A program made the translations under genes and the position numbers. From a virus: 64,000 nucleotides of DNA. Under the pieces are notes generated by a model. That model was not told the origin of the DNA and made no database searches. It was given only the letters and a program-made list of their open reading frames with translations. The DNA is taken from UHGV virus genome UHGV-1351982. One strand, given 5' to 3'. Shown one piece after another: positions 1 through 9,002 of the stretch. Positions within the stretch are counted from its first letter, which is position 1; every line of letters begins with the position of its first letter.

Positions 1-159
1 GAAGATATTCTCGAAGAAGCTAAAGGTCAATTAAATCGCATTGGGATCTATGTTCCAGGCCTAAATGATGATTGATTTTCATTAGCCCAATCCTGATTAC
101 CGAGTCATTTTGGCTCGGTTTTCTCTGTGCTCAAAGACACTGATAGCACCTTCGGAAAA

Positions 160-196
160 ATTTTACTTGCAGGATGCTCAAAATCTTGATATAATA
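160..196 (+). promoter_or_regulatory. sigma70-type early promoter (extended -10 TGaTATAAT at 187-195)
   Basis: -35 TTGCAG about 17 bp upstream; AT-rich flanks; conserved downstream box TATTGAATTGAGAGA. Confidence 0.6.
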
Positions 197-691
197 TTTA
201 TATTGAATTGAGAGACATTAGTAAAAATTGATTTTGCTAATTTTTCTTGTTTACAATCCGCAATACGGAACAGTTAGGCTGCCCCATTAAGGGTTGTTTT
301 AACTATTACTAGTGTTTATACTGCATTAGTTAATTATCAATTAAGTGATCTGCGTACCCTGAATTCGGAAAGGTAAATCCAAACCGTGCATATTTAGCTC
401 GTTATATAGGCAGAGCTTTATATGGGGGTGCGAACGAAAAGAGCAGCGAATGGTGACACGTCCAGTAGCCACCTACCAATAGGATAGTGAGGGCAATCAG
501 AATCGGCTTAGCGGCCAATGACCTAGGTTCTGATCTGGATAAGAGTTAAGAGAGCGCAGCACTGAGGTATGATAACTTATTCATACTGCTTGATGATGAT
601 TAATGTTTGTGTAAATGGTAGTAATAGTTGTTCTATTCTTTTGAATAGTCCTAAAGAAAGATATCCGAATAACCAACATAGGAGTATTGTT

Positions 692-3481
692 GTGTTCTCA
701 ATCCTACAAGGTCACGCAGGATTTTCCAGAGATAAAGCCACTGGCATCTGGAAAGAGATCAAAGTGGAAGATTACACCTTTGCAAAGCGATTCTCTAAAG
801 AGCATCCAGAAGGTAAACCAGCTTCCATGCCCTTCAAATTTGATGTACTTGAAGAACTTGACCCGCAAAACCTTGCTGAAATGTTACCTATCATGCGTCG
901 TCTTACCAAAGACCCGCATATTGTAGCTATTCGTGGTAAATGTTTAGCTCCAAAAGATAATGTGCGTCGTACCAGGGGAAACTTTAACGTATCCAATCCT
1001 AGTCATATTATTGCTATGGACGTGGATGGTATTGTAGATACTGGTGGCTATGACAAGTTTAATCTTGTTGGCATGGCACGTCATATTATTAAGATGTTGA
1101 ATAGTATTAGTGAGGATATGTTTCCTCTTGATGCAGGGTTTATTGCCCATGCATCGTCTTCGGCTGGATTAAAACCAGGTATCCGAATGCACTTAATGCT
1201 AGAATCTAATGTCAAGGTAACGCAGGGACAGTTAAAGTTCTTATTTACATCTATCAATGACAGTAGTAAGCAAAAGTATGGCTTTGATATTGCTGACTTA
1301 GCTTATTATTCTTCTGTTCAGCTTCACTATTTTGCAGATCCCTTATTTGATGATGGTATAGTCGATCCGTTTAAAGCGGAGAATAAACCACGTCTTGTGT
1401 ATGTTAAGGGTTCGAAGGTGAATCTACCTAATAACCTAGTTGACTTTGAAACAACTAGAGGTGAGTTTAAAGAAGAGTTCTACTCCTTACTTGACCAAAT
1501 TAAAGGCAAGAAGGCTGCATCTGATAAAGTGGAAGAAACCATCAGCGAACTAGAAGAAGCTGAGGATGGAGTGTACCTGCGTATTATCCCAAAACTTTAT
1601 CACAGAGCGTTAGAAGATGGTGTTGACTTTACGTGGTTAGAACGTGAGATTAAACCAGCTTTATCTGAATATATTGCAACTAAAGATAATAGTCGTAATA
1701 TTCAGGATTACTTTAATAACGGTCGTAAGCAGGCTCTCAAAGCCTTTGTAAATAACTCCAAACGTGAGATTCCACCAAACTTAAAAGGTGTACCATTAAA
1801 ACGTCTAGACACAGATTCTCCACCAGAAGTTCCGTACCTGAAAATTAACATTGTACCCCCAAAAGGACATTTAACATTTGTTAAGGCAAGTCTTGGTACG
1901 GGTAAAACTACAGCAGTAACTAAGTGGCTAGATGCAGGTGTTCTTCCAGGAAACTTTATTGCAATCACAAATACTAGGGCACTTGTATCTTCTAACGCGA
2001 AGAAATTCGGTGCTGGTCAGTATGATAAGTCAGTTGATATGCTGAACTTCAAACGTGGTGCCATTGATCGTATGTCTTCAACTATTCACTCTATCCATAA
2101 GTTCAAGAGCTTTGTGGGTCAGATTGATACGATCTTTATTGATGAATGTGATGCAGTAATGAACGATCTGTTATTCGCTCCGGTTGTTAAAAACCGTCGT
2201 GAATGTATTCAGGTTCTTCGCGATATTCTTATTACTGCTAAAACTGTTATCTTATCTGATGGTGATATCAGTGCAGAAACGATTGAAGCCTATGGTTCTT
2301 TGATTGATTTTGATAAACCGGTTGCGTTCTATAATCATCACCGTAAAATGCTGGCGAAAGCTCACGCTTATGAATTCCCTGACGAATCCAGTATTTGGGT
2401 TGCACTTCAAACATCTCTAGAGATGGGTGAGAAGTCAATCCTAGTATCTGACTGTGGACCAGATGAACTGAATGAAAAGGGAATGGCATTACGTCGTAAT
2501 ACTGGTGCGTTAGTTAAAGAAATTCACTCAAACTCTACGTCTGATGTAGATATCCGACGTATTCTGGATTATACAACTAATGAGCTAATTGATCAACAGA
2601 TTGATTGTTTGTTATGTAGTCCATCTGTAACGAGTGGTGTTGACTTTAACTATTTTGATAATGTATTCGTAATCACTAGAACCTCAAACCAAGCGCCAAA
2701 CATGCGTTTCCAAGCAATCAGGCGCGACCGTGGTGCTCAGAACATTTATTATTTTATTGATAAATCTACGAGTGGATTTTCTGCGGGTTCCGAGCAATAT
2801 AATATTGACGAAGGTTGGATTGAGTTAGCCCAACAACTGTACGCACGCCGTCGTGAGCTGGAATCTAGAAACTATACTAGTACTTTGCGTTATTATCTGC
2901 TTGATCAGGGTGCAACTATCGATATTTTCAGCGAAAGCTGGGGAACTATCGAAGGTGCAGGCAAAGAGTATATAGAAGAGCGAATCAAAGCTATTTTGCA
3001 CTCAACTCCTGAATATTGCGCACCACGTCATGCAGACGCATATGAAGCTAAATTGCTTCTGGTTCGCTATTATCATCTGGATTCTATCAAAGATGTAACA
3101 GTGGAACATGTTGAACAGTATATCAAGGATAAACCGAATGATAGAGCTGCATTTTTCCATAAGATGCACGAGATGTTCTGGGAAGATATCAAGAAGTGTT
3201 CAAACGTAACAATCAAACCTTTTATTGAAGCTCTTAAGAATAAGAAGAAGGATTTCTTCCTTAAGACAGGTCAGAGTGCTAACCCAAAATATGCTCGTAT
3301 GTATCTTGGCATGATGGGTATCGGTAAAGATCTGGATACGGAAAAGATTGTGGACTGGTACAGAACTTACTGTAAGATCGAATGTATGCCGATTCCAGTT
3401 AAGTTTATGACAGATGAAGAACGTCAGATGCATGAGGAAGCTCTTGCTGAATTGGGAGCTAGAAATGACAGTGAAGAATAA
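692..3481 (+). CDS. putative replication origin-binding / initiator ATPase (P-loop, helicase-like)
   Basis: Track ORF 569-3481; likely start GTG 692 preceded by AGGAG. Walker A GTGKTT and Walker B-like IFIDECD motifs. Sits upstream of the replication module. Confidence 0.6.
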   Translation: MFSILQGHAGFSRDKATGIWKEIKVEDYTFAKRFSKEHPEGKPASMPFKFDVLEELDPQNLAEMLPIMRRLTKDPHIVAIRGKCLAPKDNVRRTRGNFNVSNPSHIIAMDVDGIVDTGGYDKFNLVGMARHIIKMLNSISEDMFPLDAGFIAHASSSAGLKPGIRMHLMLESNVKVTQGQLKFLFTSINDSSKQKYGFDIADLAYYSSVQLHYFADPLFDDGIVDPFKAENKPRLVYVKGSKVNLPNNLVDFETTRGEFKEEFYSLLDQIKGKKAASDKVEETISELEEAEDGVYLRIIPKLYHRALEDGVDFTWLEREIKPALSEYIATKDNSRNIQDYFNNGRKQALKAFVNNSKREIPPNLKGVPLKRLDTDSPPEVPYLKINIVPPKGHLTFVKASLGTGKTTAVTKWLDAGVLPGNFIAITNTRALVSSNAKKFGAGQYDKSVDMLNFKRGAIDRMSSTIHSIHKFKSFVGQIDTIFIDECDAVMNDLLFAPVVKNRRECIQVLRDILITAKTVILSDGDISAETIEAYGSLIDFDKPVAFYNHHRKMLAKAHAYEFPDESSIWVALQTSLEMGEKSILVSDCGPDELNEKGMALRRNTGALVKEIHSNSTSDVDIRRILDYTTNELIDQQIDCLLCSPSVTSGVDFNYFDNVFVITRTSNQAPNMRFQAIRRDRGAQNIYYFIDKSTSGFSAGSEQYNIDEGWIELAQQLYARRRELESRNYTSTLRYYLLDQGATIDIFSESWGTIEGAGKEYIEERIKAILHSTPEYCAPRHADAYEAKLLLVRYYHLDSIKDVTVEHVEQYIKDKPNDRAAFFHKMHEMFWEDIKKCSNVTIKPFIEALKNKKKDFFLKTGQSANPKYARMYLGMMGIGKDLDTEKIVDWYRTYCKIECMPIPVKFMTDEERQMHEEALAELGARNDSEE

Positions 3482-3698
3482 AAAGTGGGAGACAAGGAAG
3501 TTTCCCGTAAAAGAACGTAAAACTTCTGTTTACGATACTGCGGAGAAACTATGTAGGGTTGTACCACCTCGTCTCGCTGGTATCCCTAATGTCTCCATAT
3601 GGTTACTTAAACAACGGAAGACTCGTGTGTCTCTTCGCATTGGCTTTGAGTTAGATAAAGTCTATGCTGAACTTGCTTCTTTGCTCAAAGAATCGTAA
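3465..3698 (+). CDS. hypothetical small protein
   Basis: In-frame ATG inside track ORF 3414-3698, overlapping the end of the upstream gene; basic protein; weak support. Confidence 0.3.
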   Translation: MTVKNKKWETRKFPVKERKTSVYDTAEKLCRVVPPRLAGIPNVSIWLLKQRKTRVSLRIGFELDKVYAELASLLKES

Positions 3699-3704
3699 AA
3701 ATTT

Positions 3705-3736
3705 ATTTGCTTTCAGGAAAAATTTTCTGTATAATA
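3705..3736 (+). promoter_or_regulatory. sigma70-type early promoter (TTGCTT -35, TGTATAAT -10)
   Basis: 17-bp spacer; downstream CATAAATTTGAGAGAGGAG leader; drives gene at 3767. Confidence 0.7.
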
Positions 3737-3766
3737 GATTCATAAATTTGAGAGAGGAGTTTAAAT

Positions 3767-4471
3767 ATGGCTGGTTCTCGTAGAAAGAAACTTATCCATG
3801 AAATCCCTGATGAAACCTTTAAAAAGGTTATTGAACATCTGGAGAATGGTGGTACTAAGAAAGCAGCATGTGAAATGCTCGGTGTTTCTTCTAACCCAAC
3901 TATGGAACGAATGATCGAAGAATGGAGAGATCGTCAGGTTCAAGTTGCGGAAATGAAAAAGAAGAAGCGCGGAACACTGATTGAGGGTGTTGAGCTTGCA
4001 AACATAATTGAACAGTATCTTTCTGGTGATTCTTTTGAAGAAATTGCTGATCGTAACTATCGTTCTGTAGCGATGATTAAATCTGTTCTGGAACGTTATG
4101 GTGCTCTGCTTCGTTTAAACGATATTGTTGATCCATTGAATCCTCCGCTGATTCCTGATGATGCAATGGCAGAAGAGTTTGAAGTTGGTGAACTTGTTTG
4201 GGTTCCTGGCTATCAGTGTATTGGTGAGATCAAGAAAGCAATGACTAATCCAGTTGGTTGTTATCGTGTTTGGTTGTTATCAGAAGGTAAACAACAGAAC
4301 GTGCACTATATGCACTACGAATTAGCTTCTGTTAAACATCTGGAAAAGCTGGGTGTTGACGTTAAAGCTCTAGGCTTTAAGTGGAGTCGTGAAGAAGTTA
4401 TCACGTTGGTTAATGAAGCTGTTAAAGCTGCCCTGAAACTCGATAAAGAGAAAGGAAAACGCCGTGAGTAA
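3767..4471 (+). CDS. putative DNA-binding regulatory protein
   Basis: 234 aa ORF with GAGGAG RBS and a conserved early promoter upstream; N-terminal HTH-like segment (GGTKKAACEMLGVS). Confidence 0.6.
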   Translation: MAGSRRKKLIHEIPDETFKKVIEHLENGGTKKAACEMLGVSSNPTMERMIEEWRDRQVQVAEMKKKKRGTLIEGVELANIIEQYLSGDSFEEIADRNYRSVAMIKSVLERYGALLRLNDIVDPLNPPLIPDDAMAEEFEVGELVWVPGYQCIGEIKKAMTNPVGCYRVWLLSEGKQQNVHYMHYELASVKHLEKLGVDVKALGFKWSREEVITLVNEAVKAALKLDKEKGKRRE

Positions 4472-4718
4472 ACTAACTGATCTGTTAAAAGCTGGAGAGG
4501 TAAAATATCTCCAGCGAGATAGCTGGGAAAACAATACTTATTCTACTACTATTATCAAAGTAGATGTTGATAATAATGACATCGTAGAATTTACATGGTG
4601 GTGGTCTAAAGATGGACGCACTAAACTCACGCTAGACGATGCATCGTGGAAAACCACTGAGCTAACTCTAGACGAAGCTCTGGCCGACGATTGGGAGATC
4701 GTTGAACTAGATGTGTAG
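4464..4718 (+). CDS. hypothetical protein
   Basis: 84 aa ORF, GTG start overlapping the upstream stop (translational coupling). Confidence 0.5.
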   Translation: MSKLTDLLKAGEVKYLQRDSWENNTYSTTIIKVDVDNNDIVEFTWWWSKDGRTKLTLDDASWKTTELTLDEALADDWEIVELDV

Positions 4719-4737
4719 CAGTTACTGAAAAATTTCA

Positions 4738-4768
4738 GTTGCTTAATCCTGTAATTCTTGATATAATA
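4738..4768 (+). promoter_or_regulatory. sigma70-type early promoter (TTGCTT -35, TGATATAAT -10)
   Basis: 17-bp spacer; upstream of gene at 4826. Confidence 0.65.
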
Positions 4769-4825
4769 TTCTCATAGTTTGAAAGAACTATTCTGTTTAA
4801 TTCTTAATTAAGGAAATCGAAAAAT

Positions 4826-5236
4826 ATGACTACTCCAACTCAGTGGACTGATGAACTGTTCGAAAAAATGTCTTCCGACTACGTTGCTCGTATGGAGCAA
4901 TTCCCAGAAGATGAGCGTCCGGGCGTTAGCATGGAAATTGTTAGCGAAATTGCTCAGGAAAATGGTGTAACTCCGAATGGTTTCCGTATGAAGCTGACCA
5001 AAGCAGGTCTGTATATCAAGAAAGCTGCTGGCTCTACTTCTAAATCAAGCGCATCTACTGGAGAAAAAGCTTCTGGTGGTTCTCGTACTTCCAAAGCTCA
5101 GGCTCACTCCGATCTTCGCTCTGCATTCTCTGATGCTGGCTTAGCACCGGACTTCCTGGACGACGCAATCATCGACAAGCTGACCGGTAAAGCAGCTGCT
5201 CATCTGGCAGAAGCTATCCGAGCTATCACTAAGTAA
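4826..5236 (+). CDS. hypothetical early protein (host-like codon usage)
   Basis: 136 aa ORF, AAGGA RBS, conserved early promoter upstream; strong preference for ctg/cgt/ggt/ccg codons suggests high expression. Confidence 0.6.
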   Translation: MTTPTQWTDELFEKMSSDYVARMEQFPEDERPGVSMEIVSEIAQENGVTPNGFRMKLTKAGLYIKKAAGSTSKSSASTGEKASGGSRTSKAQAHSDLRSAFSDAGLAPDFLDDAIIDKLTGKAAAHLAEAIRAITK

Positions 5237-5272
5237 TTCTTAGATAAATCCACCAACACAAGGAATACAGCT

Positions 5273-5569
5273 ATGAATAAAGCTGAAATTATTGCTCAAT
5301 GCGAAAAATTTGGTGAGTTTTATCTTCATTACGAAAAACTTCGTCAGAAAGGAACCACGTACCTTCAGGGTACGATGGAATTTGATCCAGCTCAGGATAA
5401 ATACCTGGCTGAGCGTATTAAACGTGAGCGCATCCGTAAGCCGAAAGAAGATGAAATCCTTGTTTTCTCTCGTACTAATGATAGCTTCCGTTTCATTCCT
5501 GTTGCGAAAGTTCGCCGTGTGACGAGCCTCCAGTCAGAGTTAGATCGTGCTTCTCCAGTAGGCCGATAA
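5273..5569 (+). CDS. hypothetical protein
   Basis: 98 aa ORF with AAGGA RBS, followed by an intrinsic terminator. Confidence 0.55.
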   Translation: MNKAEIIAQCEKFGEFYLHYEKLRQKGTTYLQGTMEFDPAQDKYLAERIKRERIRKPKEDEILVFSRTNDSFRFIPVAKVRRVTSLQSELDRASPVGR

Positions 5570-5578
5570 GAAACCAAT

Positions 5579-5604
5579 TAGCCCCTATATGGGGCTTTTT
5601 GTAT
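5579..5604 (+). terminator. intrinsic terminator
   Basis: Hairpin AGCCCC-TATAT-GGGGCT followed by TTTTTGTAT. Confidence 0.7.
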
Positions 5605-5619
5605 ATTTGGGATATGTAA

Positions 5620-5928
5620 ATGAGCGATCAGGTAAATCAAAACTATGAAGGACACGTTGACGACCAGTCCATCATGCTTTGGGAGAAGGAGGGGGAACAA
5701 GTAAGACTAACCGTATCTGAATTTCGTGGGAATCTATACATGGGAATTCGTTACTGGCTCCAAGATATTACTGGAGAGTGGTTTCCAACGAAATCCGGCT
5801 TCTCTTTTCCTTATACCCTAGAAACTACATCACAGCTATTCTACGCTTTTACGCAAATCCTCAGTGAATCCGAGGTCTTGCATGAAGTACAGAAACGAGC
5901 TGAAGAACTCAAAGCCAAGAATGCCTAG
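5620..5928 (+). CDS. hypothetical protein
   Basis: 102 aa ORF followed by a hairpin plus T-run. Confidence 0.55.
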   Translation: MSDQVNQNYEGHVDDQSIMLWEKEGEQVRLTVSEFRGNLYMGIRYWLQDITGEWFPTKSGFSFPYTLETTSQLFYAFTQILSESEVLHEVQKRAEELKAKNA

Positions 5929-5945
5929 TTCTTGGCTTTTTCTTT
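5913..5945 (+). terminator. intrinsic terminator
   Basis: Hairpin AGCCAAGA...TCTTGGCT followed by TTTTTCTTT. Confidence 0.65.
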
Positions 5946-5954
5946 ATAAATGTA

Positions 5955-5985
5955 CTTGCTTTCGACTCAGTTTTCATATATAATA
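5955..5985 (+). promoter_or_regulatory. sigma70-type early promoter (TTGCTT -35, TATAAT -10)
   Basis: 17-bp spacer; conserved downstream box ATTTATATAAATTGATGAGAGGA. Confidence 0.7.
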
Positions 5986-6013
5986 TTTATATAAATTGAT
6001 GAGAGGATCAATT

Positions 6014-6214
6014 ATGGCAATGACAATAACACTTCCAAAGATTCAAGCAAAACTTAATTTGCTCTCCATAGCAAGAATCAATTATCAGGATAGTATCGGC
6101 ACTCCAAACCAGAAAGCGTACAAAGATGCGTGGTTGAAAGAGGCTGCTGATTTAGCTGGTATGGCTGCTCAGTATAATAAAGAACTCAAAATGGAAATTG
6201 CAGACGATGAATAA
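6014..6214 (+). CDS. hypothetical small protein
   Basis: Track ORF 5996-6214; ATG at 6014 lies 6 nt after GAGAGGA, just downstream of a conserved promoter. Confidence 0.5.
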   Translation: MAMTITLPKIQAKLNLLSIARINYQDSIGTPNQKAYKDAWLKEAADLAGMAAQYNKELKMEIADDE

Positions 6215-7178
6215 TGTAAAAGACTTTATCAAACGTTGTCAAGAAGCGTACTACCAGGGAATGAGTCTTATTTCCGATGAAGAATATGATCGTCTGATTA
6301 AAAGATTCCCGTTAGAGGAAGAAATCGGGCCGAAAGGTGATATCCCTCATTTGTATCGTATGTATTCTTTACAGAAAGTCTATTACGATCGTGGTGATAA
6401 AGCTCCATTTAACCCATTAGGTCAGGTTGAAACTGATAAGTTAGATGGTTGTGCGATTTCTCTATTATATATTAATGGTGAATTTGTTCAAGCGTTAACT
6501 CGTGGTAACGGTATTCTAGGGAATGATGTAACGCATAACGTTAAGATGCTGAACATTCCTAAAACTATTTCCCAAAGAGTACCAACTCAAATCACTGGTG
6601 AAGTTCTCATTACTAAAGAAGTAGAGAACAAACGTAACTACGCTTCGGGTGCTATTAACCTGAAAGATAGTGATGATTTCATACAACGTATTGGTGAAGG
6701 TGGTTTAATCTTCGTTGCATATGGTATCCAGTGTTCAGCGGAAACAGTCGGTATTACAGAAGCCTATTTAAAAGATATGCTTTGGCTAGAGAATGAGAAC
6801 TTCTTGACAGTTGTTAATGTTCGTTCCTTTTTTAAATGGATTCCGACGGACGGTAAAGTTGTTCGTATTAACGACAACAATAAATTCTTCCGTGAAGGTT
6901 GGACTAATAAATTTCCTCGTGGTGCATTTGCTATTAAAGAGGATGAAGAAGGCGAAATTACCACACTTGTTAAAGTTGAATGGCAAGTAGGGGCTTCTGG
7001 TAAAGTAACTCCAGTTGGTTATTTCGAGCCGGTGATTATTGATGATGCCACAATTGTTAAAGCAACTCTTAATAACGTTGATTATATTAACGCTCTCGAT
7101 TTAGAGATCGGTTGCCAGATTCGAGTGATTCGTGCTGGTGGTGTAATCCCTTGTATAGTAGAGCGAGTATACGACTAA
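6198..7178 (+). CDS. NAD-dependent DNA ligase, adenylation-domain subunit (ligase subunit A)
   Basis: 326 aa; KxDG adenylation motif (ETDKLDGCAIS); followed by a separate ORF carrying the Zn-finger/BRCT part; split ligase as recalled for T5. Exact start (TTG 6198 or ATG 6207) uncertain. Confidence 0.8.
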   Translation: MQTMNNVKDFIKRCQEAYYQGMSLISDEEYDRLIKRFPLEEEIGPKGDIPHLYRMYSLQKVYYDRGDKAPFNPLGQVETDKLDGCAISLLYINGEFVQALTRGNGILGNDVTHNVKMLNIPKTISQRVPTQITGEVLITKEVENKRNYASGAINLKDSDDFIQRIGEGGLIFVAYGIQCSAETVGITEAYLKDMLWLENENFLTVVNVRSFFKWIPTDGKVVRINDNNKFFREGWTNKFPRGAFAIKEDEEGEITTLVKVEWQVGASGKVTPVGYFEPVIIDDATIVKATLNNVDYINALDLEIGCQIRVIRAGGVIPCIVERVYD

Positions 7179-7320
7179 TTCGTAACCCTTTGCTACCCGT
7201 TTACCGTGTCGGAATTATAAAGTGGTTATTGACATTTTCGCCGCTTAGGTATATACTATTATCATTCAGTTGAGGGATAGAAAGTTATGGCGAGGGTAAG
7301 CAAAGTTAGTTAAAATTGTA

Positions 7321-7351
7321 GTTGCTAAATGCTTAAATACTTGCTATAATA
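7321..7351 (+). promoter_or_regulatory. sigma70-type early promoter (TTGCTA -35, TGCTATAAT -10) inside the split ligase locus
   Basis: 17-bp spacer; conserved downstream box ATTTATATAAATTGATAAGGAAG. Confidence 0.7.
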
Positions 7352-7380
7352 TTTATATAAATTGATAAGGAAGAAATTTG

Positions 7381-8160
7381 ATGAAAATCGAAATTCCAAC
7401 ACAATGTCCCTCTTGTGGTTCTAAGCTAGATCTTGTCAACGGGCAATTATTCTGTAGGAATAAGTCCAACTGTCCAGCGCAATCAAGTAAGTTAATCGAG
7501 AACTTCTGCACAAAAATGAAGTTAAAGGGCTTTGGCCCGAAAACTATTGAGAAGCTGGAGCTGACTAAGATCTCAGAACTGTTTTACCTGACCGAAGAAG
7601 ATTTGGTCGGAGCTGTGGGTAGCAAGGTTGCCGCTAAATTGATTAGCGAGTTAAATACTAAGGTTCGCGGAGACATTGACTTTGGTTCAGTTCTCGGTTC
7701 TTTAGGAATTCCTCTTATTGGAGAGGTTGCAGCAAAGAAACTGTCCCAAAATTGCACTAGCTTCCACGATGTGAAGGCTGACGGCAAGGCTGGAGAAAAT
7801 TACAAAACCTGGCTAAATTCCCCACAAGGCAAGGATGTTATTGAATTACCGTGGAAATTCTCAACAGGTATTCGAGGTGCTAAAGCGGATATCATCATTA
7901 CAGATGATTTAGTTGCCCAGCCAAATGGAATCACGGTCTGTATTACCGGATCTTTGCAAGATTTTGCAAATCGAACGGATGCAACAAACTATTTAGAAAG
8001 TCTAGGATATACGGTTAAGAAGTCCGTTACCAAAGACGTCAAATACCTAATCTGTGAGGATGAATCAAAACGTTCTTCCTCATCTTATAAGAAAGCCGAA
8101 ACGAATGGGATAGAAATCCTGTCGATTAAAGAACTATTGGAGAAAAATAATAATGTCTAA
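7381..8160 (+). CDS. NAD-dependent DNA ligase, C-terminal subunit (Zn finger / HhH / BRCT-like)
   Basis: Track ORF 7378-8160, ATG at 7381 after AAGGAAG; Cys4 motif (CPSCGS...CRNKSNCPAQ); own promoter upstream. Confidence 0.75.
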   Translation: MKIEIPTQCPSCGSKLDLVNGQLFCRNKSNCPAQSSKLIENFCTKMKLKGFGPKTIEKLELTKISELFYLTEEDLVGAVGSKVAAKLISELNTKVRGDIDFGSVLGSLGIPLIGEVAAKKLSQNCTSFHDVKADGKAGENYKTWLNSPQGKDVIELPWKFSTGIRGAKADIIITDDLVAQPNGITVCITGSLQDFANRTDATNYLESLGYTVKKSVTKDVKYLICEDESKRSSSSYKKAETNGIEILSIKELLEKNNNV

Positions 8161-8920
8161 ACTGAACTGGAACGTAGAAGGTGTAACCGAGTCTCTGAAA
8201 GCAAAAGCCACTGCTCTGGGTGTTGCTGTAATCTCTCAAGAACAAGTAGCTGCTATCGCTGCTGAACTGGCTACCGAGACTGGTAAAGACGTTACCGCTC
8301 GCTCTGTTGGCTCTAAGCTGCGTAAAGAAGGTTTCGAAGTACAGAAAGCAAACGAAGTACAGAAATCCCCGTGGACTCCTGAGCAGGAAGCTGAACTGGT
8401 TGATTTCCTGAACGCTCATGCTGGTCAGTATACTTACGCTGAAATCGCTGCTGCTGTAGCTGGTGGTCAGTTCGGTGCTAAGCAGGTACAGGGTAAGATC
8501 CTGAGTCTGGAAATGACTGCTTCTGTTAAGCCAACCGAAAAAGCTGCTGCTGTTCGTTCCTTCACTCCTGACGAAGAAACTGATTTCGTTAATCAGGTTG
8601 TTGCTGGTGCTACTATTGAAGCTATCGCTGCTCACTTCGGTCGCAATATTAAGCAGATCCGTGGTAAAGCTCTGAGTCTGCTTCGTGAAGGTCGTATCGC
8701 TGCTATGCCGGTACAGGAAACTTCAAGTGCTAAAACTCGTGAAGATCTGTTAGAAGGTCTGGATCTGGCTAACATGACTGTTGCTGAGATCGCTGAGAAA
8801 ACTGGTAAGTCTGAGCGCGGTGTTAAATCTATGCTGTCTCGTCGTGGTCTGGTTGCTAAGGACTATGATGGTGCCGCTAAGCGTGCTAAACTGGATGCAA
8901 AAGCTGCGGCTGCTGAATAA
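8153..8920 (+). CDS. DNA-binding protein with four tandem HTH-like repeats (possibly abundant early protein)
   Basis: 255 aa; four ~60 aa internal repeats each with an IAxxxG...K HTH-like core (e.g. TVAEIAEKTGKSERGVKSMLSRRG); host-optimal codon usage. Confidence 0.6.
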   Translation: MSKLNWNVEGVTESLKAKATALGVAVISQEQVAAIAAELATETGKDVTARSVGSKLRKEGFEVQKANEVQKSPWTPEQEAELVDFLNAHAGQYTYAEIAAAVAGGQFGAKQVQGKILSLEMTASVKPTEKAAAVRSFTPDEETDFVNQVVAGATIEAIAAHFGRNIKQIRGKALSLLREGRIAAMPVQETSSAKTREDLLEGLDLANMTVAEIAEKTGKSERGVKSMLSRRGLVAKDYDGAAKRAKLDAKAAAAE

Positions 8921-8937
8921 TCTGGTAAATTAAACCT

Positions 8938-8970
8938 AAGGGGAGGGGGCTATGCTCCTTCCCCTTTTTG
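8938..8970 (+). terminator. intrinsic terminator
   Basis: GC-rich hairpin (AAGGGGAGGGGG...CCTTCCCCTT) plus TTTTTG, directly after gene 8153-8920. Confidence 0.6.
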
Positions 8971-9002
8971 CATTTAGAAGGCACGAAAGCGTGCAAAGGA
9001 GA

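Noticed and set aside
569-691. N-terminal 41 codons of track ORF 569-3481
   Set aside because: Cys/Asn-rich, no RBS at 569, whereas GTG 692 follows a good AGGAG; the gene most likely starts at 692.
3414-3464. 5' extension of track ORF 3414-3698
   Set aside because: The extension overlaps the end of the large upstream gene without RBS; only the shorter 3465-3698 version is retained, at low confidence.
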